Assembly (NCBI RefSeq): GCF_963921235.1
Contig: NC_086124.1
Location: 15,872,001 to 15,936,000, forward strand
Direction of reading: 5' to 3'
Origin: Mobula hypostoma
Taxonomy: Eukaryota
DNA length: 64,000 nt
The notes under the pieces are model-generated. The model was not told the DNA's origin, made no database searches, and saw only the letters and a list, made by a program, of their open reading frames with translations. The translations under genes and the position numbers were made by a program. Below are positions 1 to 12,329 of the stretch, in pieces; within the stretch, counting starts at the first letter, position 1; each line of letters begins with the position of its first letter.

Positions 1-446
1 ACATTACACTGAGGTCTAAATTTACCCTCCCAGAGCTCGCAGTGTCCCTTCTTCCAATACCCCTCTTGTTCCTTTACTCTAGTTCATGGGTGGTCACCAG
101 CCAGTTTGGGACAGCTCTGGCACCCGTGTCTGGTCTCGATTCTTCTGCCTTGAGCAAGTCCGATGGATGGGCTCACCCCAGTCCAGTCTCGACTTCTATC
201 TTTCAAGCAAGCCTCACGGATGGGTTCATTCGGAATCCCGTGTCGTTGCCTTGCAACTCCGTCAATGTCAGGTTACATCTTATATTTAGGCAGAAAATTT
301 TGGGCAATAGCCAAACGTTAAACATACTTATTGACTTTGAGAAGCATTCGTTAGGAATCTGACAGTTTTTATCTGTTCCCGCTCGATACATAAAATTAAC
401 GAGACAGTCTTAGGCGAATGTTGACAATACCTCATTACTGGCATAA

Positions 447-600
447 TAAGACCATAAGACATAGGGGAAGAATTGGGCCATTTGGCCCATCGAGTCTGCT
501 CACCATTCAATCATGACAGAACCTTTTTTTCTTCCCCTCCTGAACCCCAGCTGCCGGCATTCTCTTCTTAACCTTTGATGCCTTGTCCAATCAGAAACCT
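447..600 (-). mobile_element. CR1 LINE 3' terminal fragment
   Basis: Reverse complement of the CR1-type 3' end (accataagacatagg...ggccatttggcccatcgagtctgct) recurring through the window. Confidence 0.6.
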
Positions 601-784
601 ACTGTCAGCTAGCAGAAGCAAAGCAATGTGTGCATCTTATCCTGTCACTCTCATGACCCAATTTTGAGCAATACACAGCTAGTCAAGCTTGACAACAAAA
701 ATTAATGCAAAATTTATTTTTCATCCACACTGGCGTATATGATAAATAAACTCTTCTTGGGCATCCAGCCAGATACAGGTATCT

Positions 785-1584
785 GGAGGCATGGAGTCTG
801 GATGTTCAAGAGTACATACAAGAAACTGAGTGGGAAATGGCATGTTTAGAAGCCCAAAAACAATCAATTAATATGAGAATAAAGCTATTACAATCAAATG
901 GTTAGTGAGAACTTATATTACCCCGGTCAAACTGAACCGTTGGTCCCCTGACATCCCGGATACTTGTATTAAATGTTTAGAAGAAAAAGGTACTCCATTT
1001 CACTGTGTATGGGACTGTCCAACATTAAAAAAAAAATACTGGAAAATAGTTGTTCAGACTATATCTGAGATTGTTGGAGTAAAGGTGCCTCACCAAGCAA
1101 AAATGTGTGTACTAGGTGTATATCCAAAAAACTTCAAAACAGTCAACTTTAATTGAATTTGGACTCCTCCAGGCCAGGAGGATGATAGCTTTATCTTGGA
1201 GAAAAATGGATATACCTTTAATACATGTATGTGTGAAGGAGATGGCATCTTGTATTGTATTGGAGAGACTGACTTACATAACCAGGGGAAGGGCAGGAGA
1301 ATTTGAAACTGTCTGGAAACCTTTATTGGAGATTCTTGGACTTCAAGGTGCACAGTCATTTTGAAATAGCTGTACGCTGTTGAGTACTTCTACGTTTTTT
1401 TTCTGATGTGTTTTTATTTTATTTCTTTGTTAAATATATGAAATATGTTTAATGTTATATTTCTTTTCCTTTGATGATGGTGAAAAACATAAGGACATGT
1501 TTCACTATTTAGTTTTTTATTATTATTGTTTATTTGTATATGTGAAATGTATGTAAAATTCAATAAAAATATTGTTTAAAATAA
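785..1584 (+). mobile_element. L1-clade LINE 3' fragment (ORF2 C-terminal zinc-binding region, frameshifted)
   Basis: ORF 905-1156 has CIKC-x5-TPFHCVWDC..YW (zf-RVT-like motif), continues in frame 1116-1364; T-rich 3'UTR and AATAAA/A-rich end near 1562-1584. Confidence 0.7.
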
Positions 1585-1589
1585 TCAGT

Positions 1590-2470
1590 ACACAGAAGTC
1601 CCAATTAGAGAGTTTGTGATGCTTGATCTGCTATGGGGAATGAGACAGGGCAGGTAACAGAAGTTTGTGTATGGGGAATACTTTGTATCTAATGATCACA
1701 AGTCCATTAGTTTCAAAATAAATATACAGCAAGGTAGATCTAGTCTGTGGGTTCTAGTCTTGCTCCAATTCTAAATTGAAGCAAGGCCAATTTTGATGGT
1801 ATCAGAAAGCATCTGGCAAGTGTAGATTGGGATAGGCTGTTTTCTGGTGAAGATGTACTTGGTAAATAGGGAGCCTTCAAAAGTGAAAATTTGGAAGTAC
1901 AAATCTTATATGTGCCTGTCAGAATAAAAAGTGTAGGGACCTAGTTTTTCCAAGAAATATTTAGGCCATGGTTAAAACAAAGGACATGCATCACAGGTAT
2001 CAGCTAGTAGGAACAAATAAGGTGCTTACAGAGAATAAGAAATGCAAGAGAACACTTGATAAAGGAATAAGGAAGGCTAAAAGAAGGCAGGAGGTTGTCA
2101 AGCAGATTCTGAAGGAGATATGTTAAGAGCAAAAGGCTTGCAAGGGAAAAAATGGTTGACTGAAAAATCAGGCTGAACTGATAGAAGTATACAAGATCAT
2201 GTGGGGCATTCACAGGGTGAAAATGCCTAGTCTATTTTCCAGGGTAGGTGTGCAAATAGCAGGAGATTATTAGCTTCTGATCAGAGTTGAGAGATATAAA
2301 AGAGACATCTGAGGCAGCTGTTTCTTCGTTAAAAGGCTGCTCTTTGCTTGGAATGAGCTGCCAGAAACAGTGGTTGAGGCAGGCACTTGAGCAACATTTT
2401 AAAAACCATCGAGATAAGTAGATGGAAAGGGGAGGTTCAGAAGCTGTGGGCCAAACATTGACAAGCAGGA
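1590..2470 (+). mobile_element. Decayed CR1 ORF2 fragments
   Basis: Similar to the reverse complement of the CR1 at 51300-51660 (KANFDGI..LASVDW.RLF motif); many stops. Confidence 0.6.
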
Positions 2471-2743
2471 CTAGCTCCTCCCTGTCCACCATTCAGGGAC
2501 TGAATGAGCGCTTCCAGGTGAGGCTGAGATTCACCACCTGGCTGTTTCTGTGGCTCTGGCAAATTTGAGAAGAGCAACCCATCCATAAGCTAATGTGTTT
2601 CCACAAAGAACCAGAAATTCCTAAAGTCAGCAGTGGAACAATTAATTTACATTCTGTATGGACAGAAGTGGAGTAGTCATGCAGGGAATCCGTGTCCATA
2701 CAGAGATTTGTAATTGATTTATATTGTAGACCATCCATTTATT

Positions 2744-2930
2744 TTTTGGCGGGCTTTTCAAATTTCAGAATTTTTGGTGACTGACTGTTATTTTCCGCGC
2801 CTCTGTTGCTGCCACTGATCATTGGAGAACCGGACAGCTCGCTCATTCGGTTATTCCAGATAACCAATCTGAGAAAGCGTTGCACCACCAATCGTAAGTA
2901 CCCTTCCTCATTCCCCCAGAAGCTAGAAAA
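2744..2930 (+). promoter_or_regulatory. H2A-type promoter of pseudogene (CDE/CHR-like, E2F-like, CCAAT boxes)
   Basis: TTTTGGCGGGCTTTTCAAA 2744-2762, TTTTCCGCGC 2791-2800, CCAAT near 2865 and 2888; homologous to upstream of H2A at 18.7-18.85 kb. Confidence 0.65.
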
Positions 2931-2979
2931 AGGGTGAATCCGGAAGCTTTCGCCATTCTTTGTGAGGAGCTTTACTAGA

Positions 2980-3085
2980 ATGAGTAGATGAGGGAAAACC
3001 GGTGGTAAGGCTAAAAGCAAGCCTGCCGGGCAGGACTGAGGTTCCTGGTGGGCCGTGTTCACAGGTTCATGAGAAAGGGAAATTA
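2980..3085 (+). pseudogene. H2A: Histone H2A pseudogene, 5' fragment
   Basis: Reads M-S-R-stop-GKTGGKAKSK, then after a frameshift RAGLRFLVGRVHRFMRKGN-stop; rest of CDS and stem-loop absent. Confidence 0.85.
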
Positions 3086-3839
3086 ATGAGAAAATTCTCT
3101 GGGGTTCGCTCTGCCCGTTACTTTCTGGAGCAATGCAGTCAGCGAAAAGACCGATTCACTAATGAACAGGTGACAAAAAGAAATTCTCCAAACTAACTTC
3201 AGTCCCCACAAAATGTAAATACCACCAAGATTATAATTGTATCCATTGATCAAAAATAAACATAGATGTGTGAACAGGATTTCACCGTTAGAGTCCACAC
3301 TCATTTACGATAAAGACCGTGTGTGGATTCATAACATAAGAGAGATTTAATGTTGCCCCACTTCCCAAATCTATTTGTAAACTATTGAGATAAAGACTGA
3401 TTCACAGAATGCAACCAGGTTAGTCTAATATGCAGAACGCATTAGCTTGTCGTCATGTCACCACTTACAAACTGCAGTCGGAGCAGAGTCTGTCGGTTCT
3501 GTGAAAGGACTCGAGTAAATCTATTGTGGTCGCGAATTGAAATACAACTCAAACCATTTGTAACACAGGGGCGTATTCACAGCAACTAAATCACTTCAGC
3601 AACAGCTAACATCTTCACCTCAATCGGCTCTATGTGTAAAGCTTTGTGTGCGAAAATCGCGACAAACTGACGGAAGTGAGTGGGCAAAATGTCCGTCTTA
3701 GGCCAGTGGGCGACAATGGAATTGGACGGAGCAAAGAAAGAATACTCAACATAAAAATAAATAAAATTACCTCTAATGACAAGCTTGTAGCGATCCAATG
3801 TCTAATCATTAGTACAACTCTTCAACGGAAACTGTGAGT

Positions 3840-3855
3840 GGCTCTTAAAAGAGCC
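3840..3855 (-). terminator. Histone 3' stem-loop (H2B copy 1), HDE near 3814-3823
   Basis: GGCTCTTTTAAGAGCC then ACTCA and GAAGAGTTGT on - strand. Confidence 0.95.
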
Positions 3856-3882
3856 GTTGGGTTGTCTTAGTACTCAGCCGCT

Positions 3883-4254
3883 TCACTTGGAACTAGTATA
3901 CTTGGTTACCGCTTTGGTCCCTTCCGACACAGCGTGCTTGGCTAGTTCTCCGGGCAGCAGCAGGCGCACCGCGGTCTGGATCTCCCGAGAAGTGATGGTC
4001 GATCGTTTGTTGTAATGAGCCAGGCGGGAAGCCTCCCCAGCGATGCGTTCGAAAATGTCATTCATGAATGAGTTCATGATGCTCATGGCCTTGGAGGAGA
4101 TGCCGGTGTCAGGCTGGACTTGCTTCATTACCTTATAAACGTAAATGGAATAAGTCTCCCTCCTCGCCCTCTTGCGTTTCTTGCCTGCTTTGCCTTGCGC
4201 TTTGGACACGGCTTTCTTGGCGCCCTTCTTGGAAGCTTTCGACGGCTCAGGCAT
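3883..4254 (-). CDS. H2B: Histone H2B, replication-dependent (copy 1, 123 aa)
   Basis: Full intronless H2B translation with stem-loop and TATA/octamer-like promoter. Confidence 0.97.
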   Translation of the reverse strand: MPEPSKASKKGAKKAVSKAQGKAGKKRKRARRETYSIYVYKVMKQVQPDTGISSKAMSIMNSFMNDIFERIAGEASRLAHYNKRSTITSREIQTAVRLLLPGELAKHAVSEGTKAVTKYTSSK

Positions 4255-4305
4255 CTTTTCAACTAGATTTGGACACAGAAATAAACAAAATGACTTGGAG
4301 CGCAG

Positions 4306-4370
4306 CTTAAATAGGCAGTGTGTCCCCGCCCTATGCTAATAAGGAATCGGTAAAATTAGGTTTCCATTGG
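4306..4370 (-). promoter_or_regulatory. H2B promoter: TATTTAAG, GC box, octamer variant ATTAGCAT, CCAAT
   Basis: Motifs at 4306-4313, ~4325-4331, 4333-4340, 4366-4370 in the H2B-typical order. Confidence 0.75.
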
Positions 4371-4603
4371 TCGATTTGGACGAATGAAAGTTAGCATTTC
4401 AGTCTAACGCTTTGATTGGGCAATGTGAACTGGCGAAACACATCACAGGGTGACACAGTTAGCAGGGTTTATTGGTTAAATAAGACAAGCGGACATAAAA
4501 ACTTGGTTATCCTATATTGGAAACAGTAATAGAGTGTTGGGAGTACTTCATTCGTAAGGTCTTCAGTTTTGGGTGGAAAGGAAATGAACGGACACAAAAT
4601 ATT

Positions 4604-5597
4604 CAAACACGAGGAAATGTGCAGATACTGGAAGTTCAAGCAACACACGTGAAACTTGTTGGTGAACGCAACAGGCCAGGCAGCATCTCTAGAAGAGGCA
4701 CAGTCGACGTTTCGGGCCAAGACTCATCGTCAGGACTAACTGAAAGAAGAGCTAGTAAGAGATTTGAAAGTGGGAGAGGGAGATCCAAAATGATAGGAGA
4801 AGACAGGAGGGGGAGGGATGGAGCCAAGAGCTGGACAGTGGATTGGCAAAAGGTATATGAGAGGATCATAGGACGGGAGGCCTAGGGAGAAAGAAAGGGG
4901 GAGGTGGGGCATTAACGGAAGTTAGGGAAGTCAATTTTCATGCTATCAGGTTGGAGGCTACCCAGATGGAATATAAGGTGTTGTTCCTCCGAGTGTGGCT
5001 TCATCTTTACAGTAGAGGAGGCCGTGGATAGACATATCAGACTGGGAATGGGATGTGGAATTAAAATGTGTGGCCACTGGGAGATCCTGCTTTTCCTTGC
5101 GGACAGAGCGTAGGTGTTCAGCAAAACGGTCTCCCAGTCTGCATCGGGTCTCGTCAATATATAGAAGGCCGCATCGGGAGCACTGGACGTAGTATATCAC
5201 CCCAGCCGACTCACAGGTGAAGATTCGCCTCACCTGGAAGGACTGTCTGGGGCCCTGAATGGTAGTGAGGGAGGAAGTATAAGGGCATGTGTAGCACTTG
5301 TTCCGCTTATAAGGATAAGTGCTGGGAGGGAGATTGGTGGGGAGGGATGGGGGGGGAACGAATGGACAAGGGAGTCGCGTAGGGAGCGATCCCTGTGGAA
5401 AGCAGAGAGATGGGGGGAGGGAAAGATGTGCCTAGTGGTTGGATCCCGTTGGAAGTGGTGGAAGTTACGGAGAATTATATGTTGGACTTGGAGGCTGGTG
5501 GGGTGGCAGGTGAGGACAAGGGTATCCCTATTCCTAGTGGGTTGGCGGGAAGATGGGGTGAGAGCAGATGTGCGTGAAATATGAGAGATGCATTTCA
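4604..5597 (-). mobile_element. Penelope-like element (Neptune-like), 5'-truncated
   Basis: GIY-YIG ORF 4958-5233 (GVIYYVQCSRCGLLYIDETR..LGDRFAEH); terminal repeat shared with other copies. Confidence 0.9.
4701..4742 (-). ncRNA. Minimal type I hammerhead ribozyme motif (helix II mismatch)
   Basis: AGTC-CTGACGA-T-GAG..CCC-GAAA-C-GTC-GACT on - strand. Confidence 0.7.
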
Positions 5598-5689
5598 GTG
5601 CGTGAAATTATTAATGTGGAATATGATCCTAATATATCTCTTTCTGTCCCTTCATGATTTTCCCTTTTGCCTGTGGTTGATTTCAGCCT

Positions 5690-6842
5690 TTGAGAAAAAA
5701 TCAAGCTGAAGATTGATTGTATATCAGTAACACAGGTAGCTCAGCGATATGTGCAAGGCAGACATTATGGATTCTTACACTCTACAATGATGGTTCAAAA
5801 GATCTAGTGATCTGTTGTTCAGGGTTTTCTGTTTATGTTCCAAAGTTTCAGGTGATTACTAAGAAGATTATTAGTTAAAGTATCAGAATTCACATCTGAG
5901 ATCATTTTTTATCATTTTCGCCTTCAAATGGGTTGAATAAGTCTGCCCTAATTCTGTACTTTGATTAGTTTTTAGTTTTGTTCATGATGTGAGGATACGC
6001 ATGACATTGACGATCATAGTTTTTCACAATTTTCTCCACAGAAGTAGTTTATCATTACCTTCATCTGGGCAGTGGCTTTACAAGTTTTGGTTTTGACATT
6101 GATTAAAACAGGTATATCCAATTATAGGCCAAACATTATTTTTGGTTTCGTTGAGGTTGCAGGGTGGAGGTGTATGTATATAACTGTTATGGGTCACTGC
6201 CCATGTTGGAGTTGAACAAAATGAAGTGGCAGATATTCTAGCCAACCAATCAGTTAATTTTAAAGATATCAATATCATGGTACCTTTGCATATAGGGGAA
6301 ATGAAAGCCATAACTAAAAGGTCAGTTTGATCACTGTAGCAACAATCTTTGGATAAGGAAAGGAAAGGATGGCATTTATAGCAAATTTAGATGATGGTGA
6401 AAACTCAACTGGGAAATGGGTATAAAAGAAGGGAAGAAGTTAAACTTACACATTTACATATTGGAAGTACTAGGCTGAATAATTCCTTGTTCACAATTAA
6501 TATGCATGATATGAACATTTGTATGGAATGCACGTCTCAAGAAATGGCGCAAAATAGATTGTTTGAATGCAATTCCCATGAAGTGCAAAGGAAGCATCTA
6601 AATTAAGATCTTTGGAACAGACTCAATTTAACATGGAAGGTTTGTTAGGATATCACTGCCATTGTAATATATACATGTCTGTATTTGACGTTCTGAAAAG
6701 CAATAGACATTTTGATATTTTTGAGGGAGAATTTGATTGGTATTCTTCCTGTCTCTTTACGCCACACCCCAGCTCAGTTGGTGGTAATGCACCTTATGTT
6801 ACTCTGCCAACTGCTATTAAAACTTACAAGAAGAACAACAAT
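5690..6842 (+). mobile_element. Nimb/I-clade LINE 3' fragment with RNase H remnant
   Basis: 6190-6243 encodes WVTAHVGVEQNEVADILA (RNase H motif); 3' end ggtaatgcacctta...aagaagaacaac shared with the copy ending near 40030. Confidence 0.7.
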
Positions 6843-7299
6843 TAGAAAGGCTTTTTTCCCTTAAAATCTGATCATCTTGATTTGATTGGATATTTTTAAG
6901 AGGTAAAAATATATACTGATGAGGGTAGTTTCTGAGTTTGACTCAATGACTTAAAAGGGAGAAGTTCAATGTGGATGTATTGGTATTACAGTGGAGTAAC
7001 AGGAATTACAGAAACATAAGAGGTGCTGACCAAGTTGATTGAAAGGAGAGATTAGCAGGGATGACAGTAGTACAGCAACAGCTGGAGTTTCTGGTAATAA
7101 TTTGGAAGGCACAAGATAGATACATTCCAAAGTTGAAGAATTTTCTTTTCGCTCACAGTTTTCTTTTTTCCATAGATACTGCCTGGCCTGATGAGTTCCT
7201 CCAGCATTTTTTGTTTTCCAAGCATGGATAGAAGATTGGCTGATTGGCAGGAGGCAAAGAGTATGAATAAAGGGGGCCTTTTCTGGGTGCCCGACTCTT

Positions 7300-7560
7300 T
7301 TAGTAGTGCTTTCAATTCTGTTAGGAAAATTATTAACACTATCCTTGAAACAGGAAGTTTTCCAGATGCCTTCAAAACTGCAGCCGTCAAACCTCTACTA
7401 AAAAGCCAAACTTCAACAGTGAGGTACTAGCTAACTGCGGGACTTTCTCAAAACTTCCCATCCTGGGTAAGATTCTTGAGAAAGTAATATTCTAACAATT
7501 CAACATTCTGAATGAGAACAATATTCGAGAAAATTTCAGACAGGCCCTCACAAAATCTGT
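7300..7560 (+). mobile_element. L2-clade LINE RT fragment
   Basis: IINTILETGSFPDAFKTAAVKPLLK, typical pre-RT motif of L2 ORF2. Confidence 0.6.
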
Positions 7561-8243
7561 CAGAAACCTTAGGTTCAGCACTGAGAGAGGAAGAGAGTGA
7601 ACATTTCAGGTCAGAATTTGGAAAGTGAAGCAAAAGCAAGTTTGTTTTAATTTGCAGAAAAGAATGGGGAGAGATCGATGGGATGAAATTAACATCAGTA
7701 TAAACCAATGCCAGGTGGAACAGGTTAATGGAGGCAATTATAAATATGATTATCATTCATCAGGTTTCAAGTAGAAGAGTACGTAGATTCACACTTTCAC
7801 AGAATGTTACAGAACGAAAACAGGCAATTTGGCCCATCCAGTCCCTACTTTTGTTCCTTTTCTAGAATATCATTGTTTATTTTCTGGAGAATTGAGTACA
7901 ATTCTGAAAAGGTACTGTGTCAGTTATCCAGGACATTCGATAGCAATGTTACAGACTAACCTTAAATATGAGACCGTAGTAAAAGGGAAATTGATCCAAA
8001 CCATCTTTCCGGGGAACATTCGAACATTTTGTAGACACCAGCAAAAAAACTCCCTCAGCTCCGGAAATGATTCAGCAAACATCTCCACTCATCGACAGAA
8101 ACCAGTTAAGATATGTTAGTCGGACTTTAGTGTTTTTGTAGAAGGAACTTACTCAGAAACATTTCGCAGTGACAACGAAACCCGTGTCCTTTACCCCGCG
8201 CTTATGGAATCCGCAGAGCAGCCCTTCCACAGAGACTGTGAGC

Positions 8244-8259
8244 GGCACTGAAAAGAGCC
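8244..8259 (-). terminator. Mutated histone stem-loop of H2A pseudogene
   Basis: GGCTCTTTTCAGTGCC (one stem mismatch); flanks match those of the intact H2A at 18177. Confidence 0.85.
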
Positions 8260-8289
8260 TTTGGGTCACTGGGTTCAGATTCTGTCTCT

Positions 8290-8630
8290 TCACTTGCTGG
8301 CACCGCCGGTTTTCTTGGGCAACATCACGGCCTGAGCGATGGTCACCCCTCCCAGCAGCTTGTTGAACTCCTCGTCGTTGCGGACGGCCAGCTGCAGATG
8401 CCTGGGGCTGATGCGGATCTTTTTGTTGGCCCGGGCCGCGTTGCCGGCCAACTCAAGGGATACTCGAGCACAGCAGCCAGATAGACCAGGTCTCAGGCAC
8501 TCACTCCCTCAGCAGAGTTACCCTTTCTCAGAAGCCTGCGAACGCAGCCTACGGGGTACTAAGGGTCCAGGGTCGAGCGAGACTTGGCCTTGGAAAGAGC
8601 TTTGCCGCCCGATTTTACTCGTCTACTCAT
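8290..8630 (-). pseudogene. H2A: Histone H2A pseudogene, full span with deletions and frameshifts
   Basis: Aligns by eye to 18222-18602; lacks the 24 nt encoding GGVLPNIQ (between CCTG repeats), other indels; retains [28 protein letters not shown]. Confidence 0.92.
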
Positions 8631-9350
8631 TTTTCATAACCTTAGTAATTCTTTCAGAGAGAATGAGGAAATATTGTACTTCCGGCCCTCGACCTTCATA
8701 TAACATCTGGGCGAATGCTGTGCGACGTTTATGATTGGTGCAATAACGTTTAACTTCATCGGATGATTAGCTGTCTCCAATCGGAGAGCTGCCTTATTTA
8801 CCAATCAAAATCAAAAGCAAAAGCGCGGAAAACAACGGCTTCCTCTCCGAAAACAAAGAGAAAATTCAAACAGCCCGCCAAAAATCTTTGGTTCAAGGCT
8901 AATTGAAATCAAATAATTGCAAAGCTACTAGTTGGCTTATTCTCCACAGTAACACATTACTGAAGACCGGCACGTCTAATCTTTCAGTGCAGCAAATATT
9001 GCAAAAGTGTCTTGGGATTTATTTCTTAAACAAGGGAAAATCGGCAGATGCTAGAAATCCAAGCCACACACATAAAATGCTGGAACTCAGCAGGCCAAGC
9101 GGCATCGATGTGCTCTGTGGGGTTGCAATTCACCGATTTCTCCACTCAGAACTAAAGTCCATTGTCAGTTGCAGTCCCCGATCAGTCATAGTGTGAATTG
9201 CATATGAACTAGTTGAGAAGTTGCTCTTCTCAAACTACGGCTGAAGTTTAGCCTGCAATTTTAACGAATTATTGGTAAAAGAACTGTCTGGCATTGAAAT
9301 GGGATTCAGGGAATATGAAGAAATACAGCTCTGTTAATGAAATATTGAGT

Positions 9351-9366
9351 GGCTCTTAAAAGAGCC
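9351..9366 (-). terminator. Histone 3' stem-loop (H2B copy 2), HDE near 9325-9334
   Basis: GGCTCTTTTAAGAGCC-ACTCA then ACAGAGCTGT. Confidence 0.95.
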
Positions 9367-9397
9367 TTTGGGTTTCCAGTTGTTTTGGCAACACTCT

Positions 9398-9769
9398 TCA
9401 CTTGGAGCTGGTGTACTTGGTCACTGCTTTTGTCCCTTCCGACACGGCGTGCTTGGCCAGCTCCCCGGGGAGCAGCAGGCGCACGGCGGTCTGGATCTCC
9501 CGGGAGCTGATGGTCGACCGCTTGTTGTAATGGGCTAGGCGGGAGGCCTCGCCAGCGATGCGCTCGAAAATGTCGTTCACGAACGAGTTCATGATGCTCA
9601 TGGCCTTGGAGGAGATACCGGTGTCAGGGTGAACTTGCTTCATCACTTTGTAGATATAGATGGAGTAACTCTCCTTCCTCAGCCTCCTACGTTTCTTGCC
9701 AGACTTGCCTGATGGTTTCGGCAGCGCTTTCTTAGCGCCCTTCTTGGGAGCGGGTTTCTGGTCGGGCAT
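9398..9769 (-). CDS. H2B: Histone H2B, replication-dependent (copy 2, 123 aa)
   Basis: ATG at 9769 ([10 protein letters not shown]); canonical core; TATTTAAG 9823-9830 and octamer-like TTTAGCAT 9849-9856 upstream. Confidence 0.97.
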   Translation of the reverse strand: MPDQKPAPKKGAKKALPKPSGKSGKKRRRLRKESYSIYIYKVMKQVHPDTGISSKAMSIMNSFVNDIFERIAGEASRLAHYNKRSTISSREIQTAVRLLLPGELAKHAVSEGTKAVTKYTSSK

Positions 9770-10299
9770 TTCTTCCGTCGAACTGAGACCCAGCAATGAG
9801 AATAATAACCTTCGGAGCGCGGCTTAAATAGGCAGTGCTGACAGCGATATGCTAAAGAGGGATAGGAAATTGAGGCATTTTCATTGGGCGCTTGGAGAGA
9901 CGAATCACTCTTTGAATTTCACACGATGGATCTTTTCATTGGATATCGGAGGGAACATATTATAATCACAAGCTCCACCAATGAGAAGCCTCCCCCAGAC
10001 TGCGGACCGGGACGTTGCCAAATCATGGCGGTTCTCGGTCCCAGATTTAATACGACAAGAGGGCAGAGAGGGGGTTGGGACTGAAATTACACAATGGGAA
10101 ACGTAAAATACAATTGCAGATGGAAGAAAAACACTTTCAGATGAGAAGTTAAGCGAACTCATTAGCAAAGTACATAATGTCACTATCAACAAGCATGATT
10201 CATTTTCTTACGGACATACTCAATAAATCGATAACAGAATATTAGACTTGATAGAATAAATGGAAGACCGATCCAACTTGGAGATTCAACCACTGTGCT

Positions 10300-10760
10300 G
10301 AAGACTCAAAATATGCAAATAAAAAATAAAGAAAAAATAAATAAGCAAAATATATTGAGAAAATGAGATGAATAGTCCTTGAAAGTGAGACCAGATTGTG
10401 GAAACATTTAAGTCATGAAGAGGAAGTTCCTTTGGTTCAGGAACCTGATGGTTCAGAGATAATAACCATTGCTGACGCTGATTGTGTGAGTCGTGAGGCT
10501 CTTTTACCTTCTACCTGTTAGTGGCAATGAGAAGAGAGCATGTCCTGTGAGGTGGGGGAGGGTGATCCCTGATGATAGCTACCGATTTCCTGAAACAATG
10601 TGCTCATTGCGAGGGAGGACTTTGCCCATGACGGACTGAGCTGCATCCACTCGGTTTTTGTAGGGCTTTCCATTCAAGGACATTTGGCATTTCCATACCA
10701 GCTGTGATGCAGCCGGTCAATATACTTTCCAGCACACATCTATAGAAGTTTATAGAATAT
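10300..10760 (-). mobile_element. Rex1/Babar-like LINE 3' fragment
   Basis: NFYRCVLESILTGCITA motif, same as in ORF 44684-45310. Confidence 0.6.
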
Positions 10761-10789
10761 GAAATATTGCAATATTGAACATTAAAAAT

Positions 10790-12050
10790 ATTGAACATAG
10801 AACAATACAGCACAGGAACAGGCCATTTGGCCTACAATGTTGTGCCAAAACAGCTAAAAAACAAATCATAAACGTGCAAACACTAATTTCTCCTACCTGC
10901 ACCATGTCCATATTTCTCCATCATCCATACATCCACGTCCCTATCCAATCGTCTATTAAAAGCCTCTTATTTATTTGCCTCCACCACCATTCCAGGCACC
11001 AATGACTCTGGGTAATAAACACCCATCATATTCCCCTTGAACCTATCCCTGTCTCCTTCAATGCATGCCCTCTGACACTTCAATCCTGGGAAACAGGTTC
11101 TCTCTGTCCACTCTACGCCTTTCATAATTTTGTAAACCTCTTATCAGATTTCACCTCAGCCTTTAATGCTCCAGAGAAAACAACTCACTTATCTAAACAC
11201 TCACTACTACACATGCCATCTAAACCAGGCCGCATCTTGGTAAACCTTTTCTGACCCCTCTACAAAGCCTCAATATCCTTCCTGTAGTGGGGCAACCAGA
11301 ACTGTAGGCTGTACTCTAGATGCAGCCTAACCAGAGTTTTATAAAGTTGCAACATAACCTCCTGACTTTTGAATTTGTGCCTTGGTTAATAAAAGCAAGC
11401 ATTTCATAAGCCTTCTTAATGACTTTTTCAATCTATGTAGCCACTTTCAAGGAGCTACGAACTTGGATTCCAAGATTTCTCTGCTCAGCAACACTGTTAA
11501 GGACCTGTACTGTAAGTTTCTTATTTCATGACCAATGGCAGCAGGAGACCAATTAAGAAAATTCAGATATCAGAGGTACAAAGGAACTCATGCAAGTTTC
11601 CAAAAGGTTAATTTGCAGGTTGTATTGGTGGTAAGGATGGAAAATGAGAAGTTCATATTCATTTGAAGCGGATTAAAATATAAATGCAAGAAAATAATAT
11701 TGAGGCATAATAAGGCATTGGTTAGATGGTACTTGGGATATCATGAGCAGTTTTGGACCCCTTGTCTAAGAAAGTATGTACTGGCATTGGAGAAGTCCTA
11801 CAGGAGCTTCACGATAATTATCATGGGAATGAAAATGTTAAAGTATGAGGACAGTTTAATGGCTCTGGCCCTATATTCACTGGAATTTAGAAGAATGAGG
11901 GGGAATCTCATTGAAACTTATCGAATGTTGGAAGGCCTAGAAAGTGTTTCCTGTAGTGCAGGAATCTCAAACCAGTGGGAATTAACTCAGCAGAAAAGGT
12001 CATCCCCATAGAACAGAAACGAGGATGAATTTCTTTATCCAGAGAGTGGT
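10790..12050. mobile_element. Two CR1 3' fragments (10790-11510 minus, 11560-12050 plus)
   Basis: ORF 11700-12011 LYSLEFRRMRGNLIETYRML is the CR1 ORF2 C-terminus; minus part shows the CR1 tail. Confidence 0.65.
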
Positions 12051-12329
12051 GGCAGAACAGAATGTAAGCCCTGTACAGTAACAAGATGAACCAAATCTTT
12101 GAGAGCTGGACTTCCCTTTGTGCAGTTTTTCTTTGAGTAGAAGTTCAGTCAGGCCCCAGTCAAGATGACAAACTGACAGAGACAGTGTGCAGACATAGTA
12201 CAGTCATCCAGGCCAAACACGGCTCTTGAAAGTCTAACTCTCCTTTGTACAGCCTTTCTGAACCAAGGTCACGAAATATAACAAGATGAAGTTGGAAACA
12301 AATGAACCTAGGGTAGTATCTGCTACTGG

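Noticed and set aside
9770-9796. N-terminal extensions of H2B, H2A (18603-18656) and H1 (22853-22870) in the ORF track
   Set aside because: They start at non-ATG codons; the canonical ATG lies downstream.
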